Source: Octopus sinensis (Eukaryota). Taken from it: a stretch of DNA of 64,000 nt. The first letter of the stretch is position 1. Each line of letters begins with the position of its first letter. Below are positions 25,641 through 37,010 of this stretch, piece after piece. The stretch spans positions 10,912,001 through 10,976,000 of the forward strand of contig NC_043006.1 of assembly GCF_006345805.1 (NCBI RefSeq), read 5' to 3'. Made by a program: the position numbers and the translations under genes. The notes below the pieces were generated by a model, which saw only the letters and a program-made list of their open reading frames with translations, was not told the DNA's origin and searched no databases.

Positions 25641-25713
25641 TCTCACTGATGAATTCTCCCTGGGCAAATAAATTATCTTGTTTGCTGAATTAGAAAGAAA
25701 CTGCAGTCTGAGA
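25641..25713 (+). ncRNA. Type I hammerhead ribozyme, monomer 1
   Basis: TCTCA-CTGATGA-[stem II region containing GCAAATAA/TTGTTTGC]-GAAA-CTGCAG-TC-TGAGA; predicted cleavage after 25708. Confidence 0.8.
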
Positions 25714-26037
25714 ATTTTCCGGTTTAGTAAATGTTTTTATCTCATTTCACTTAATTATCAAGCTTCTGTATTCCTAGCACATATTTCGCCTTAATGTACT
25801 GAGTATATGAAAAATATATGGTTTGTGTTAGTAATACCAGCGATTATAATTATTTTTTTATTCTATCGCAATTTGATTGTTACATATTTCTCGATAAATT
25901 ATGAGCGCCAGGCGATATACCAGAATTCCTAGTGTTGTCGGGACGTCGGAGTCTGCGCAGTGATATTGATTAGTTAGGAAGATTAACTCATTAGACGCAC
26001 ATGCTTCTAGTGAGTTAGGATCCCAGAAAAAAAAGGG

Positions 26038-26108
26038 TCTCATGATGAATTCTCCCTGGGCAAATAAATTATCTGTTTGCTGAATTAGAAAGAAACTGCA
26101 GTCTGAGA
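26038..26108 (+). ncRNA. Type I hammerhead, monomer 2 (C3 of core missing)
   Basis: tctca-tgatga: one-base deletion relative to the other units, possibly a sequencing error; remainder intact. Confidence 0.55.
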
Positions 26109-26430
26109 ATTTTCCGGTTAGTAAATGTTTTTATCTTCATTTCACTTAATTTATCAAGCTTCTGTATTCCTAGCACATATTCGCCTTAATGTACTGATAT
26201 ATGAAAAATATATGCTTGTGTTAGTAATACCAGCGATTATAATTATTTTTTTATCTATCGCAATTTGATTTGTTTACATATTTCTCGATAAATTATGAGC
26301 GCCAGGCGATATACCAGAATTCCCTAGTGTGTCGGGACGTTCGGAGTCTGCGCAGTGATATGATTAGTTAGGAAGATTAACTCATTAGACGCACATGCTT
26401 CTAGTGAGTTAGGATCCCAGAAAAACAGGG

Positions 26431-26503
26431 TCTCACTGATGAATTCTCCCTGGGCAAATAAATTATCTTGTTTGCTGAATTAGAAAGAAACTGCAGTCTG
26501 AGA
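26431..26503 (+). ncRNA. Type I hammerhead ribozyme, monomer 3
   Basis: Identical to 25641-25713; predicted cleavage after 26498. Confidence 0.8.
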
Positions 26504-26830
26504 ATTTTCCGGTTTAGTAAATGTTTTTATCTTCATTTCACTTAATTTATCAAGCTTCTGTATTCCTAGCACATATTTCGCCTTAATGTACTGATATATG
26601 AAAAATATATGGCTTGTGTTAGTAATACCAGCGATTATAATTATTTTTTTATTCTATCGCAATTTGATTTGTTTACATATTTCTCGATAAATTATGAGCG
26701 CCAGGCGATATACCAGAATTCCCTAGTGTTGTCGGGACGTTCGGAGTCTGCGCAGTGATATGATTAGTTAGGAAGATTAACTCATAGACGCACATGCTTC
26801 TAGTGAGTTAGGATCCCAGAAAAAACAGGG

Positions 26831-26903
26831 TCTCACTGATGAATTCTCCCTGGGCAAATAAATTATCTTGTTTGCTGAATTAGAAAGAAACTGCAGTCTG
26901 AGA
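26831..26903 (+). ncRNA. Type I hammerhead ribozyme, monomer 4
   Basis: Identical to 25641-25713; predicted cleavage after 26898. Confidence 0.8.
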
Positions 26904-27988
26904 ATTTTCCGGTTTAGTAAATGTTTTTATCTTCATTTCACTTAATTTATCAAGCTTCTGTATTCTAGCACATATTTCGCCTTATGTACTGATATATGAA
27001 AAATATATGGCTTGTGTTAGTAATACCAGCGATTATAATTATTTTTTATTCTATCGCAATTTGATTTGTTTATATATATTATTATATATATACATATATT
27101 TACATGCAGAAATACTTATATGTAGTCAAGATTTTTGAAACTTGTTACACATGTACTTGCATATTTAAAATACACTACTTACACACAAACACTCACACAC
27201 ACACAAACACACACACGTGTGAGTGTCTGTGTGTGTGTGTAGGAATATATACAGGTGCATTAAAGACAAAGACACGCACAGGAGTACATACTTATATACA
27301 CTTACATTTTTACATATATATACATAAATTCATTTACATATAAATACATTTCCATCTTCAGAAGTGCTAACATACAGGTACACTCATATATATACACAGA
27401 CAATTGAAATGATAGGTAGACAAAAAGGTATATTGATTACATGATTTATTGATTTACCATTCTCTGAGAACTTTCACATACTCCTAAATGTCAGCGTTTT
27501 ATATACAATATCCTACGGCCATCAACGGATGTCGTTATCTATAAATAAACCCTAATTTTTCTCTTTTTTTGTTTCTTTTTTATACATTCTCTTCAATCTT
27601 TGACCATCAATTCCAGTCTAGGAATATTATTAGAGACGATTAATGACTTTTGAAACACATACATACATTTATGCGTGATTACACTCATACACACACAGAT
27701 ACATACATAGATACACACATACATACACACACATATGTAGACATATGTATATATATATATATATATATATAATATATTTATTTATTATTTATATATATAT
27801 TATTTATTTTATATATGTATATATATATATATATAACATACTATATATATATATTAATATATATTATAATATAATATAATATATCTATATATGTGTATCT
27901 TTGTGGTGTATGTTGTGTTATGTATGTATACCTATGTATATATGTATACATATATATATATAAATTAAATAAATATAGATATAAATAA

Positions 27989-28034
<46 letters not shown>

Positions 28035-28192
28035 GTCTACATATGTGTGTGTATGTATGGGTGTTCTGTGTGTGTATGAGTTTATATTTTATTCTATATA
28101 TATTATATTATATATACATATATATATATATATTATATTATATATATATTATATATATATACTATTATATTATATTATATTATATATATATA

Positions 28193-28237
<45 letters not shown>

Positions 28238-28281
28238 CATATTATATTAATATATATATATATATATATCATATTATATTA

Positions 28282-28322
<41 letters not shown>

Positions 28323-28559
28323 TATTATATATATGTATAATTTCGGAAACAATATTTTCTTAAGAGCCAATATTAGTTTCATGCGATGAAAACAGCTAAG
28401 ACAGCATTTTCATATCCTTACGCTGTACCTTCATTGCAGAACACACTAAAAAGAGGACGATAGGACAAGAGTCAAAAAGAAGAAAAGACGAAAAGGAAGT
28501 AAATTTGAAATGTGGGAAGTTGAAAAACCGGAAAACGAAAAAGAAAGCATAAGAAAGCA

Positions 28560-29225
28560 AGACTCGGCGAGAATTACGGTTAATGCCACTTTTGACCGTA
28601 AAGTCATTTGACTGAGATGATATCGGCGTAGAGTCTGCGGTACAGCTGCTCAATCCGAAAAGAGTAATACTTCCTTATTACCCAGAGGAACTTATCTGTA
28701 TGTTTGCAACCGCTGAAAATTACAGATCTGCAATTCAGCAGTGCTGTAGAGTTCTTAGATCTGAAAACGCATAGCTTAATTTTTATTGATATGGTATGGA
28801 CTTTTCAACTATTGTCCGCTTTACTGTATGTGGTGTGACGTTAGACTTCAAATTTCATACCTTGCTAGCCAATTTAGAGATTTTACTTTCGTCCCTGAGT
28901 CTTTCTTCTGAAACAGTGACAGAATTAAAGCCACTAAGTAATCCAGACGACTGAGAATGAAAATTCTCCACAGGAGCAGCAATGTATCCTTTCTCCTTGT
29001 TCACAATGATCTTAGAATCCATCCAACTACTCACACACAATGTTGCCATCTTGATATTATGCACATGGAATGTTGCATCATTATTGATGTGGATCCCCAG
29101 GGCACGCACCGACTCGGAATCTAGGATTGCACTAATCCCTGGTCACGAGTATTCCAATTGCAATCTCCTTGTGTGCCGATAGTGGAATGCTTGAAACTTC
29201 TCTGTATGTTATTTTCCTTAGCCCA
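28560..29225 (-). mobile_element. CR1-group LINE fragment (C-terminal to RT domain), decayed
   Basis: WAKENN..EKFQ...SESVRALGIHINNDATFHVH matches the WA..NNM.FN..KFQ...SVRDLG pattern of CR1/L2-group ORF2. Confidence 0.7.
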
Positions 29226-29259
29226 TTTCAAGGCTTTCGATTATTTTTTATTGCCATCT

Positions 29260-29295
<36 letters not shown>

Positions 29296-29386
29296 GTATA
29301 TATATACATATATAAACACACATACACACACACCACACACCACACACACACACAACACACACACATATATATATATATATATTATA

Positions 29387-29425
<39 letters not shown>

Positions 29426-30353
29426 GTATATAAGACTTATAATTAAAGTTTAGATTTGAAATTTAAACTACTGCATCATCTAGCTAAGACTGTGAATGAA
29501 ATATCACTTATGGTAACTTGGAATTCTGTTATGTCACCTGATGAGGCATTTCTTCACTGTGGGGTGCATTGGCATCTATTTTATCGTTCTCCACCCACCA
29601 ATGAGTTGTTCAGGATTATGGCGAAACGATCGTTGTAATATATAACATTTTCAGCCTACTCTGTGTTCCGCATCAATAACTGAGAATATATATATCACAT
29701 TTCTGCTCAAGAAGACTTTTGGATTTAGCTCTGCATCCAGGACACAGATTCAGTCATGAGTTGTTTATCTTTGGGATCTGGGAAAGTAAATATCAATTAC
29801 GTTGAAGAACCTTCCTCCTGCCTTTGTTCTGACGTTATGAGATAAATTGGGGGCTAAACATGAACATTTACGAAACCAATTCTTACGACAAGACGGCAGA
29901 GGAGGCGTGGGACAGTTTTAAATGATTTTATCCGCAAAAGCCGTGGTCCTATTACAACCTAATTATAAAATGGAGCAGCCATTTTGAACATTACTTTAGA
30001 TGAAGAAAGCATGTGATCCTATGTTTGGAAGTAAATTTTTAAATACAATAAGCTGCAGGCAGGGTTGCTTATCAATATATTTAAGGTTTCCGTTATGCTT
30101 GTGGAAGAGCTTCTAGTAATTAGTTCTGCAGTCAAAGGAAACTTCTAAAATGTCAGTCGTAGGTGGTTTAACGTAATAGAGATTACACACACACACACAC
30201 ACACACACAGACACACACACATATATATATACATATATATATATGTGTGTATGTATGTATGTATGTATGTATGTATGTATGTATGTATGTATGTATGTGT
30301 GTACATATATGTGTGTGTGTATATATGTATACATGTATGCATGTATGTAGGTA

Positions 30354-30387
<34 letters not shown>

Positions 30388-30389
30388 GT

Positions 30390-31420
30390 ACGTTTAAATA
30401 TTTGTTGTGCAAGATTTTTTATGTGAAGTCGTGTGTTGAAACAGATATTGGTATATTTCGGAATGGTCATTTTGCCAGTTTAGCCAATAAAAACACACGC
30501 ACTATATATTTGGTATTAGATATTTTTTACTTTAATCTTAATCTTATATAGGAGAGTATTGCAGTTCGCTTGAAGCACTGTGTATTGTTTGTAAAGAATA
30601 ACAAGTTTTGAATGGTACAACAATGCACTATAATACAGACAATGGGTTATATACCTGTTGTAATTTAGTCATTTATATTCTGATATGATATTTCGGAACA
30701 GTATTCCTTCTTCAGATATTCTTAGATGGCGTCACTGCTATAATCGGTTTTCTAAAGGCTTTTCTTTTTTCAATTTTTGGAAGCGTCTCATCAGTGGTCA
30801 CACGATGCTCCTACCGGAATTCCTCATGAGAAGTGTATGAGGTCGGCCTCAATCTCGTGTGTGCTGGTACATCCTTAGCGCTGCTTCTAAGTTACGTATA
30901 ATACGTGCAGCTTCCTCTTTTCCCTTCTTTTTTGTCTTCTCTTCTTTCTTGTTATAAGCTACAGATGACCATATTGTCAAAAATGAACCTATACGCATCC
31001 AGATGTACCTAAATAATATATTGATTACCAACCTCCAGCCTGTTGTTAATTTGTGGCACTAGGCTGTGTATAAGTATAGCTTCCTTATTTCTTAAATTAC
31101 CCTAATTTCTTTCATTAGCCTCAATTGTGACTATGCTTTTGTCGGTGTTCCGGCATCTGTCGAGATGTTTTCTGAAGGAGGAAGCTCTCGTCTTCAGTTC
31201 TTCTTTGATGCGAATTTGTAACGGTCTTGTTGTGCTACCTATATAGATCTTGTTGCATTTGTTACATTGTATTCTAAGCACAATATTTACCCTGTGGCAT
31301 AAATCTGTGTCACGGATGGGACAGTTTGTTAGTGTACATTTATTGTTGTCCCTTGTTCGTTTCTTCGTGAGGTGTCATCTCAGAGAGGGGTCGGAGTTGG
31401 CTAGTTGTATGTCTATCCCA
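30390..31420 (-). mobile_element. Inverted PLE segment: GIY-YIG endonuclease, 3' region with HHR, then restart of the ORF 5' end
   Basis: VNIVLRIQCNKCNKIYIGSTTRPLQIRIKE...EAILIHSLVPQINN (31420 to 31030); HHR at 30683-30719; [17 protein letters not shown] at ~30470-30400. Confidence 0.82.
30683..30719 (-). ncRNA. Minimal type I hammerhead in the PLE 3' region
   Basis: ATAT-CTGAAGA-A-GGAA(TACTG)TTCC-GAAA-TA-TC-ATAT. Confidence 0.68.
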
Positions 31421-33050
31421 ACGCTGACTAAAAAGATCAACGTAATTCCTAACACCATCAGGATCATACATCTACCCTCATGCTTCCGTAGCCTTGCCCT
31501 TCGACGATCACTGAAATACATACATACGTTCGTCATCAGAAAAATCATACACTATCTACCCCCACCAGCTCCATGAGCACATACGCAAATTCTCTTAAAT
31601 AATATCCAGCATCACGCCAGCCACTGAACATACATACCGAAGAACCAAGGCGCAATATAAAATACTGACCAAACTAAAATACAAAAACCTTGTATACTTA
31701 CACTCAGATAAAGGAAAAGAAAACTGCGTGATTTCTTGTGAAATATATGATAGATTGGCACTAGAACATTTAAGCAATGACAGGCTATATTCAGATATTC
31801 TGAAGTGACAGATATAACTACGACAAGGATTGAGGACCGAATTAACACTGCATGGACGGACATCTGTAGACGGAGACAAACACGTGATAAATTCACGAAC
31901 AACTTCATCACAAAGAACACTAGATTACCGAGATTTTATCACCTCATTAAAACACACAAGAATAACGACACGATCCAGATTAGGCCCATGGTCTCCAACG
32001 TGGAATGACCTCTATATAAAATATCCTGGTTACTTTCTCACATCCTGAGACACATACTCTCCATCTTTCCTGGACACGTCAAGAACTCCGACGAAGTCAT
32101 CAAAACACTGCACCAATTGCCCCTAGACCAACTCAGGCAAAACAGATATGCTTTAGTCTTGCCGTCTCAATGTATTCAACGGTTCATCACACACGGCGGT
32201 CAACCTATTGACTGATTGCATAATAACGATCGACATCCACTGCTTCAGACTTACCGCAGCTGATATTCATCTATTTTTGTCCGTCATCGTGGACAACACC
32301 TACTTCTCTTTCCAAGACCACATATACAAACACACAACATGTCTCCCCATCGGGTCCAGTCTCTCGAGCCTACTAACCATCACTTATATGAACCATCTGG
32401 AACGTCGGGCACTCAACATCGGCCGCCCATGCGCCTTCTTCACCAGATATGTAGTTGACATCCTCATACCCACATCCTCCCGTGAAGAAGCTGACACAAT
32501 ATTCACGAAGTTCAATAACATGGACATGAACAAAAAGTTCACTATAGAACATCCCGACATCACTGGATCCCTATTGCTACTCGACTTCAAACTGAATATA
32601 AGGGAAGAAGGAGAGATCCACAGTGAGTTCTACAGGAAAGCAGCCAGTAAAGATATGTTTGTCCAGTACAATTCAGCACTTCCGCTCGGTGACAAAATAG
32701 GATACGCCAGAAATTAACTTGCACGCATCCAAGATAAGCGCAGCAGAACGGAGGACAAGGTAACCCACACTACACGCTTCCTAGATATATTGAAAACCAA
32801 TGGATACCCTAGATCAATTGTAAATCGGATGAAGTACCAAGACGACCAACACACCGAACACAGTGAAAGCCAGCAACACATGCTTCCTCTACTCCATTTT
32901 AGTGAGAGGATAACTACATCCATCCGAAGAGCTATAAGATGAGAAGGGCTAGACATACAACTAGCCCACTCCGTCCCCTCTCTGAGAGGACACATCACTA
33001 AGAAACACACCCGGATTTCAATTGCACAAGATCTCTTCGAATGTGTTGAG
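31421..33050 (+). mobile_element. Penelope-like element reverse transcriptase, pseudogenised and 3'-truncated
   Basis: SDKGKENCVI, LPRFYHLIKTHK..IRPMVSN, LPIGSSLSSLL..YMNHLE, RYVVD (decayed YVDD), FTIE..LLLLDF..FYRK, NGYP; stops and frameshifts. Confidence 0.9.
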
Positions 33051-33064
33051 AGGGACAGAAGATG

Positions 33065-33230
33065 AGCGAGAGGTCGTAACTCGGTGGTTAAGGCACTGCC
33101 CTCACGATCGGAAGATCGTGGCTTCGATTCCCGGACTAAGCTATGCACCGTGTTCTTGAGCTAAAGCGTTCCATTTCATATTACTTTGCGATCACTAATC
33201 CCTATAGCTGGTACATCTTCAAGTACACCA
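33065..33230 (+). mobile_element. Degenerate tRNA-headed SINE (family E-like)
   Basis: gtaactcggtggttaaggc A-box, gcttcgattccc B-box, gtgttcttgagc segment. Confidence 0.6.
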
Positions 33231-33371
33231 TGCACATATACTAGAAATGTCGATTCGATGGTCGATTAGATGTACTAAAAGCAAATAATCGGTGAAGTCT
33301 GGTGTCATGAAATTACTGAAGCCTGATCCGCCGTCTACGAGAGGACAGTGCATAATATATAGATAAATTAG

Positions 33372-33440
<69 letters not shown>

Positions 33441-33454
33441 TGTTAGCCAGTACA

Positions 33455-33645
33455 CACATTTTTTTCTTTCACTGTTTCTCTCCTCGTTTTTTTTCTGTGT
33501 CCCTTTCCGTAGAAGAGCGTAGGTTCGAAACGTAAAAGACTTTCTTTATTCCTGAGCGTTATACTAATACATCTGTTTGTTTTCTACAAGTCTTCGTCTT
33601 TTTTTTTTTTTTGTTTCCTTTGGGTTTTTTCATAAACTCTCCCTA
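33455..33645 (+). mobile_element. gggagag-family element with a mini-hammerhead at 33503-33538
   Basis: CTTT-CCGTAGA-A-GAGC(GTAG)GTTC-GAAA-CG-TA-AAAG; flanked by (AGAT)n. Confidence 0.7.
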
Positions 33646-33652
33646 GATAGAT

Positions 33653-33739
<87 letters not shown>

Positions 33740-33789
33740 GGCACGGCATTGTTGGCCTCGTCGGAACAATCATTGTAGGTATAATTCCG

Positions 33790-34360
33790 TCATCATTGTC
33801 AGCGAGCTTTGCATATATCTACTCTATATCAACACAATCGACACAGCTGTTTATGTACCTTTTTATAGCTTCATACCTTTACATAATTCTCCTAGCAGAA
33901 AATTCTTCTTTTCCCACGCATATATCGCCTTTCTTTCTTTTTTTTTTTTTTTACATAGTATAAATCGTTCATTCTTTTTATTACATTATTTTCTTCTTAT
34001 ATTCTTTCTCTATGTCTGACGTAAATTCCCCTGCTAGTCTGTTTATGGACAGTATAAAGCTAAATATTTGGCCTAATGAGTATATGAAAGTATTGGCAAC
34101 GAAACTTATAGTTTCAGCCGTTGGTGCGTTGCAATAAACACACATTAATTGGTTCCTTCGTCTCGCATCTAATGTGTTCTATCTCTCCCTCTCTTTCTAG
34201 CTCGCTCCCTCCTTCTTTCTTTCTCTTTCTCACTACTATTTCTCTCTCTCCTCTCCCCCCTCTCTCTCTCTCTCTCTCTTTAATGCGAAACAGAAACTAG
34301 CTGACAAGAAAGTATAATCACACAAGCGATCAGAAAACAAGAATCAGAAACACATTAAAT
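33790..34360 (+). repeat. Diverged non-coding block paralogous to 38030-38580
   Basis: Collinear shared motifs: gctgttta.gta..tttttatagct, ctgacgtaaa.tccc, gctaaatatttg.cctaatg.gtatatgaaa, aatgc.aaacagaa, aatcaca.aagcgatc. Confidence 0.7.
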
Positions 34361-34520
34361 AAACTTTGATGTGTGTGACTGCGGGTACACACAGACAGAC
34401 AGACAGACACGCATATATGTATATATGTGTACAGGTGCATTATTTGTGTGTGTGTGTGTATCTTTATACACCCATATATGCGTCTATGTGTGTGTGTATA
34501 CATATATATATATTATATAT

Positions 34521-34907
34521 GAAGGAAGCACTCCGTCGGTTACGACGATGAGGGTTCCGGTTGATCCGAATCAACGGAACAGCCTGCTCGTGAAATTAAC
34601 GTGTAAGTGGCTGAGCACTCCACAGACACGTGCACCCTTAACGTAGTTCTCGGGGATATTCAGCGTGACACAGAGAGTGACAAGGCCGGCCCTTTGAAAT
34701 ACAGGTACAACAGAAACAGGAAGTAAGAGTGGGAGAAAGTTGTGGTGAAAGAGTACAGCAGGGATCACCACCATCCCCTGCCAGAGCCTCGTGGAGCTTT
34801 TAGGTGTTTTCGCTCAATAAACACTCACAACGCCCGGTCTGGGAATCGAAACCGCGATCCTATGACCGCGAGTCCGCTGCCCTAACCACTGGGCCATTGC
34901 GCCTCCA
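34521..34907 (-). mobile_element. SINE family D (full length)
   Basis: Family-C head (tggaggcgcaatggcccagtggttagggc) plus family D body. Confidence 0.88.
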
Positions 34908-34908
34908 C

Positions 34909-34994
<86 letters not shown>

Positions 34995-35599
34995 TGAGTA
35001 GTTGGAGAGCAGCTGGGTGGGGTGCTTGTCTCCCCCTTGTAAACATAACGACACAGGAAATGTGTCAAGGCCGACAGGAAACTTTGATGCTTCTTAGGGT
35101 TAAATAGCAGTGGCTTGATTCCCTCCATGGGACTGTCACATTAAGTTGACAGTATACAACTTCTGTATCATATCACTACTGCTTATAACACTCCGAGATA
35201 TTTAGAAATGTAATGTTTATATATATATATATATATACATACCACCAGCCACTATCATTGTTACATGTTTATCGTATTACATCAGTGACCGGGAGGACAG
35301 CTTGATTTTTGTCAAAATAGATATATATAGAAGCGAAGCGATATATTAGTCGACATACGCTTTACGTCCTTTTGTGGGCTTTCCCATGGCGTGTACCCTG
35401 TTGTCACGTAAGTAGACGAAGTATGTTGCCTCCGTTATATAACGAACAGTGTATCATAGACGCACTTTTATTATAGAAAGTATGTGCGATTTCCGTGAAT
35501 CATTGTTGATAGGATGTTCCGCTTTGTCCGATATACACAGCATTTAGAAACCGTTTTATCTGCGCGGACACTACCTGGGGTTCCAAACTTGTAAATATA

Positions 35600-35795
35600 T
35601 TGCTGGCTGAATCGTTAGCACGCCAGGCAAAATACTTAACAGCGTTCTGTCCGTCTTTACGTTCTGAGTTCAAATTCCGCCTAGGTCTATTTTGCCTTTC
35701 ATCCTTTCGGGATCGATAAATTACGTATCAGTTGAACACAGGGTTCGATGTAATCGGCTGACATCCTTCCGCAAAATTGCTGTCCTTGCGCCATA
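35600..35795 (+). mobile_element. SINE family A, degenerate
   Basis: gaatcgttagcacgcc...gttctgagttcaaattccgcc...ttgcctttcatcctttcggg. Confidence 0.72.
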
Positions 35796-35839
35796 TCGGA
35801 TTGCAGTATATTAATTACTTATAGCATCTACCCAGGCTG

Positions 35840-36010
35840 CGAACATAGGAGTAAAAGCGTTGTTTGATTTTAAAAGAGGGTGGATTGTGGGTTTATCTGA
35901 TGGACTTATCTCACGTATGATGTACGAATACTCGGGATTCATCTCGCCATAATCAACAGTGATTATACAATTCAGCGGCAAAAGAAAGGAATCGATAACA
36001 TCCAGCTGAG
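35840..36010 (+). pseudogene. Tc1-like transposase N-terminal fragment
   Basis: LFDFKRGWIVGL..GLIS resembles the LSDF.RG.IVG start of Tc1 transposases (compare 41012). Confidence 0.42.
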
Positions 36011-36232
36011 GTTGACCTGGATCCTCTGAGAGTTACCACTGTGCTGCCGGCCGAATGGTTGAAAATAATCCCCGTTGTTGTACAGTAACTCCAAGTAAGT
36101 TGGAGTATATTCTGGGGTATCTCTCTCAACATGGTACATGAAATACATATAATAATGGATTATCGAATAGAAAGCACAACGTAGAGACCGTAGAGGTAAA
36201 ATGGTAGAATTAGAGGTATCTATTTATTTTTG

Positions 36233-37010
36233 AGGTGGCTCTGTATAACAGAGCTGGAAGAAACGTTTGCACGCCGGGCGAAGTGCTTAGCGGTATTTCG
36301 TCTGACGCTACGCTCTGAGTTCAAATTCCGCGGAGGTCGACTTTGCCTTTCATCATTTCGGGGTCGATTAAATAAGTACCAGTTACGCACTGGGATCGAT
36401 ATAGTCGACTTAATCCGTTTGTCTGTCCTTGTTTGTCCTCCCTGGGTTTAGCACCTTGTGGGTAGTAAAGAAATAGGTATTTCGTCTGCCGCTACGTTCT
36501 GAGTTCAAATTCCGCCAAGGTCGACTTTGCCTTTCATCATTTCGGGGTCGATTAAATAAGTACCAGTTACGCACTGGGGTCGATATAATCGACTTAATCC
36601 GTTTGTCTGTCCTTGTTTGTCTTCTCTGTGTTTAGCCCCTTGTGGGTAGTAAAGAAATAGGTATTTCGTCTGCCGCTACGTTCTGAGTTCAAATTCCGCC
36701 GAGGTCGACTTTGCCTTTCATCCTTTCGGGGTCGATTAAATAAGTACCAGTTACGCACTGGGATCGATATAGTCGACTTAATCCGTTTGTCTGTCCTTGT
36801 TTGTCCTCCCTGGGTTTAGCACCTTGTGGGTAGTAAAGAAATAGGTATTTCGTCTGCCGCTACGTTCTGAGTTCAAATTCCACCGAGGTCGACTTTGCCT
36901 TTCATCATTTCGGAGTCGATAAGTACCAGTTACGCACTGAGGTCAATATAATCGACCTAGTCCGTTTGTCTCCTCTGCGTGTTGCCCCCTGTGGGCAATA
37001 AAGAAATAAG
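36233..37010 (+). mobile_element. SINE family A tetramer (184-bp internal unit x4)
   Basis: ggtatttcgtctg restarts at 36292, 36476, 36660 and 36844. Confidence 0.9.

Larger units (their letters stand above)
25383..27072 (+). mobile_element. Tandem array of ~397-bp monomers (4.25 copies), each with a type I hammerhead: candidate retrozyme
   Basis: Unit starts at 25383, 25781, 26177, 26573 and 26972; no credible ORF; TA tracts on both flanks; one HHR per unit. Confidence 0.85.

Noticed and set aside
25383-27072. Array as a CRISPR locus or simple satellite
   Set aside because: No repeat-spacer alternation, units are ~397 bp and near-identical, and the context is eukaryotic; the per-unit HHR argues against a featureless satellite, though that remains the null hypothesis
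29538-29580. Isolated CTGANGA heptamers (also ~7280, ~9285, ~18442, ~55254)
   Set aside because: No correctly placed stem II plus GAAA plus stem I partner; expected by chance
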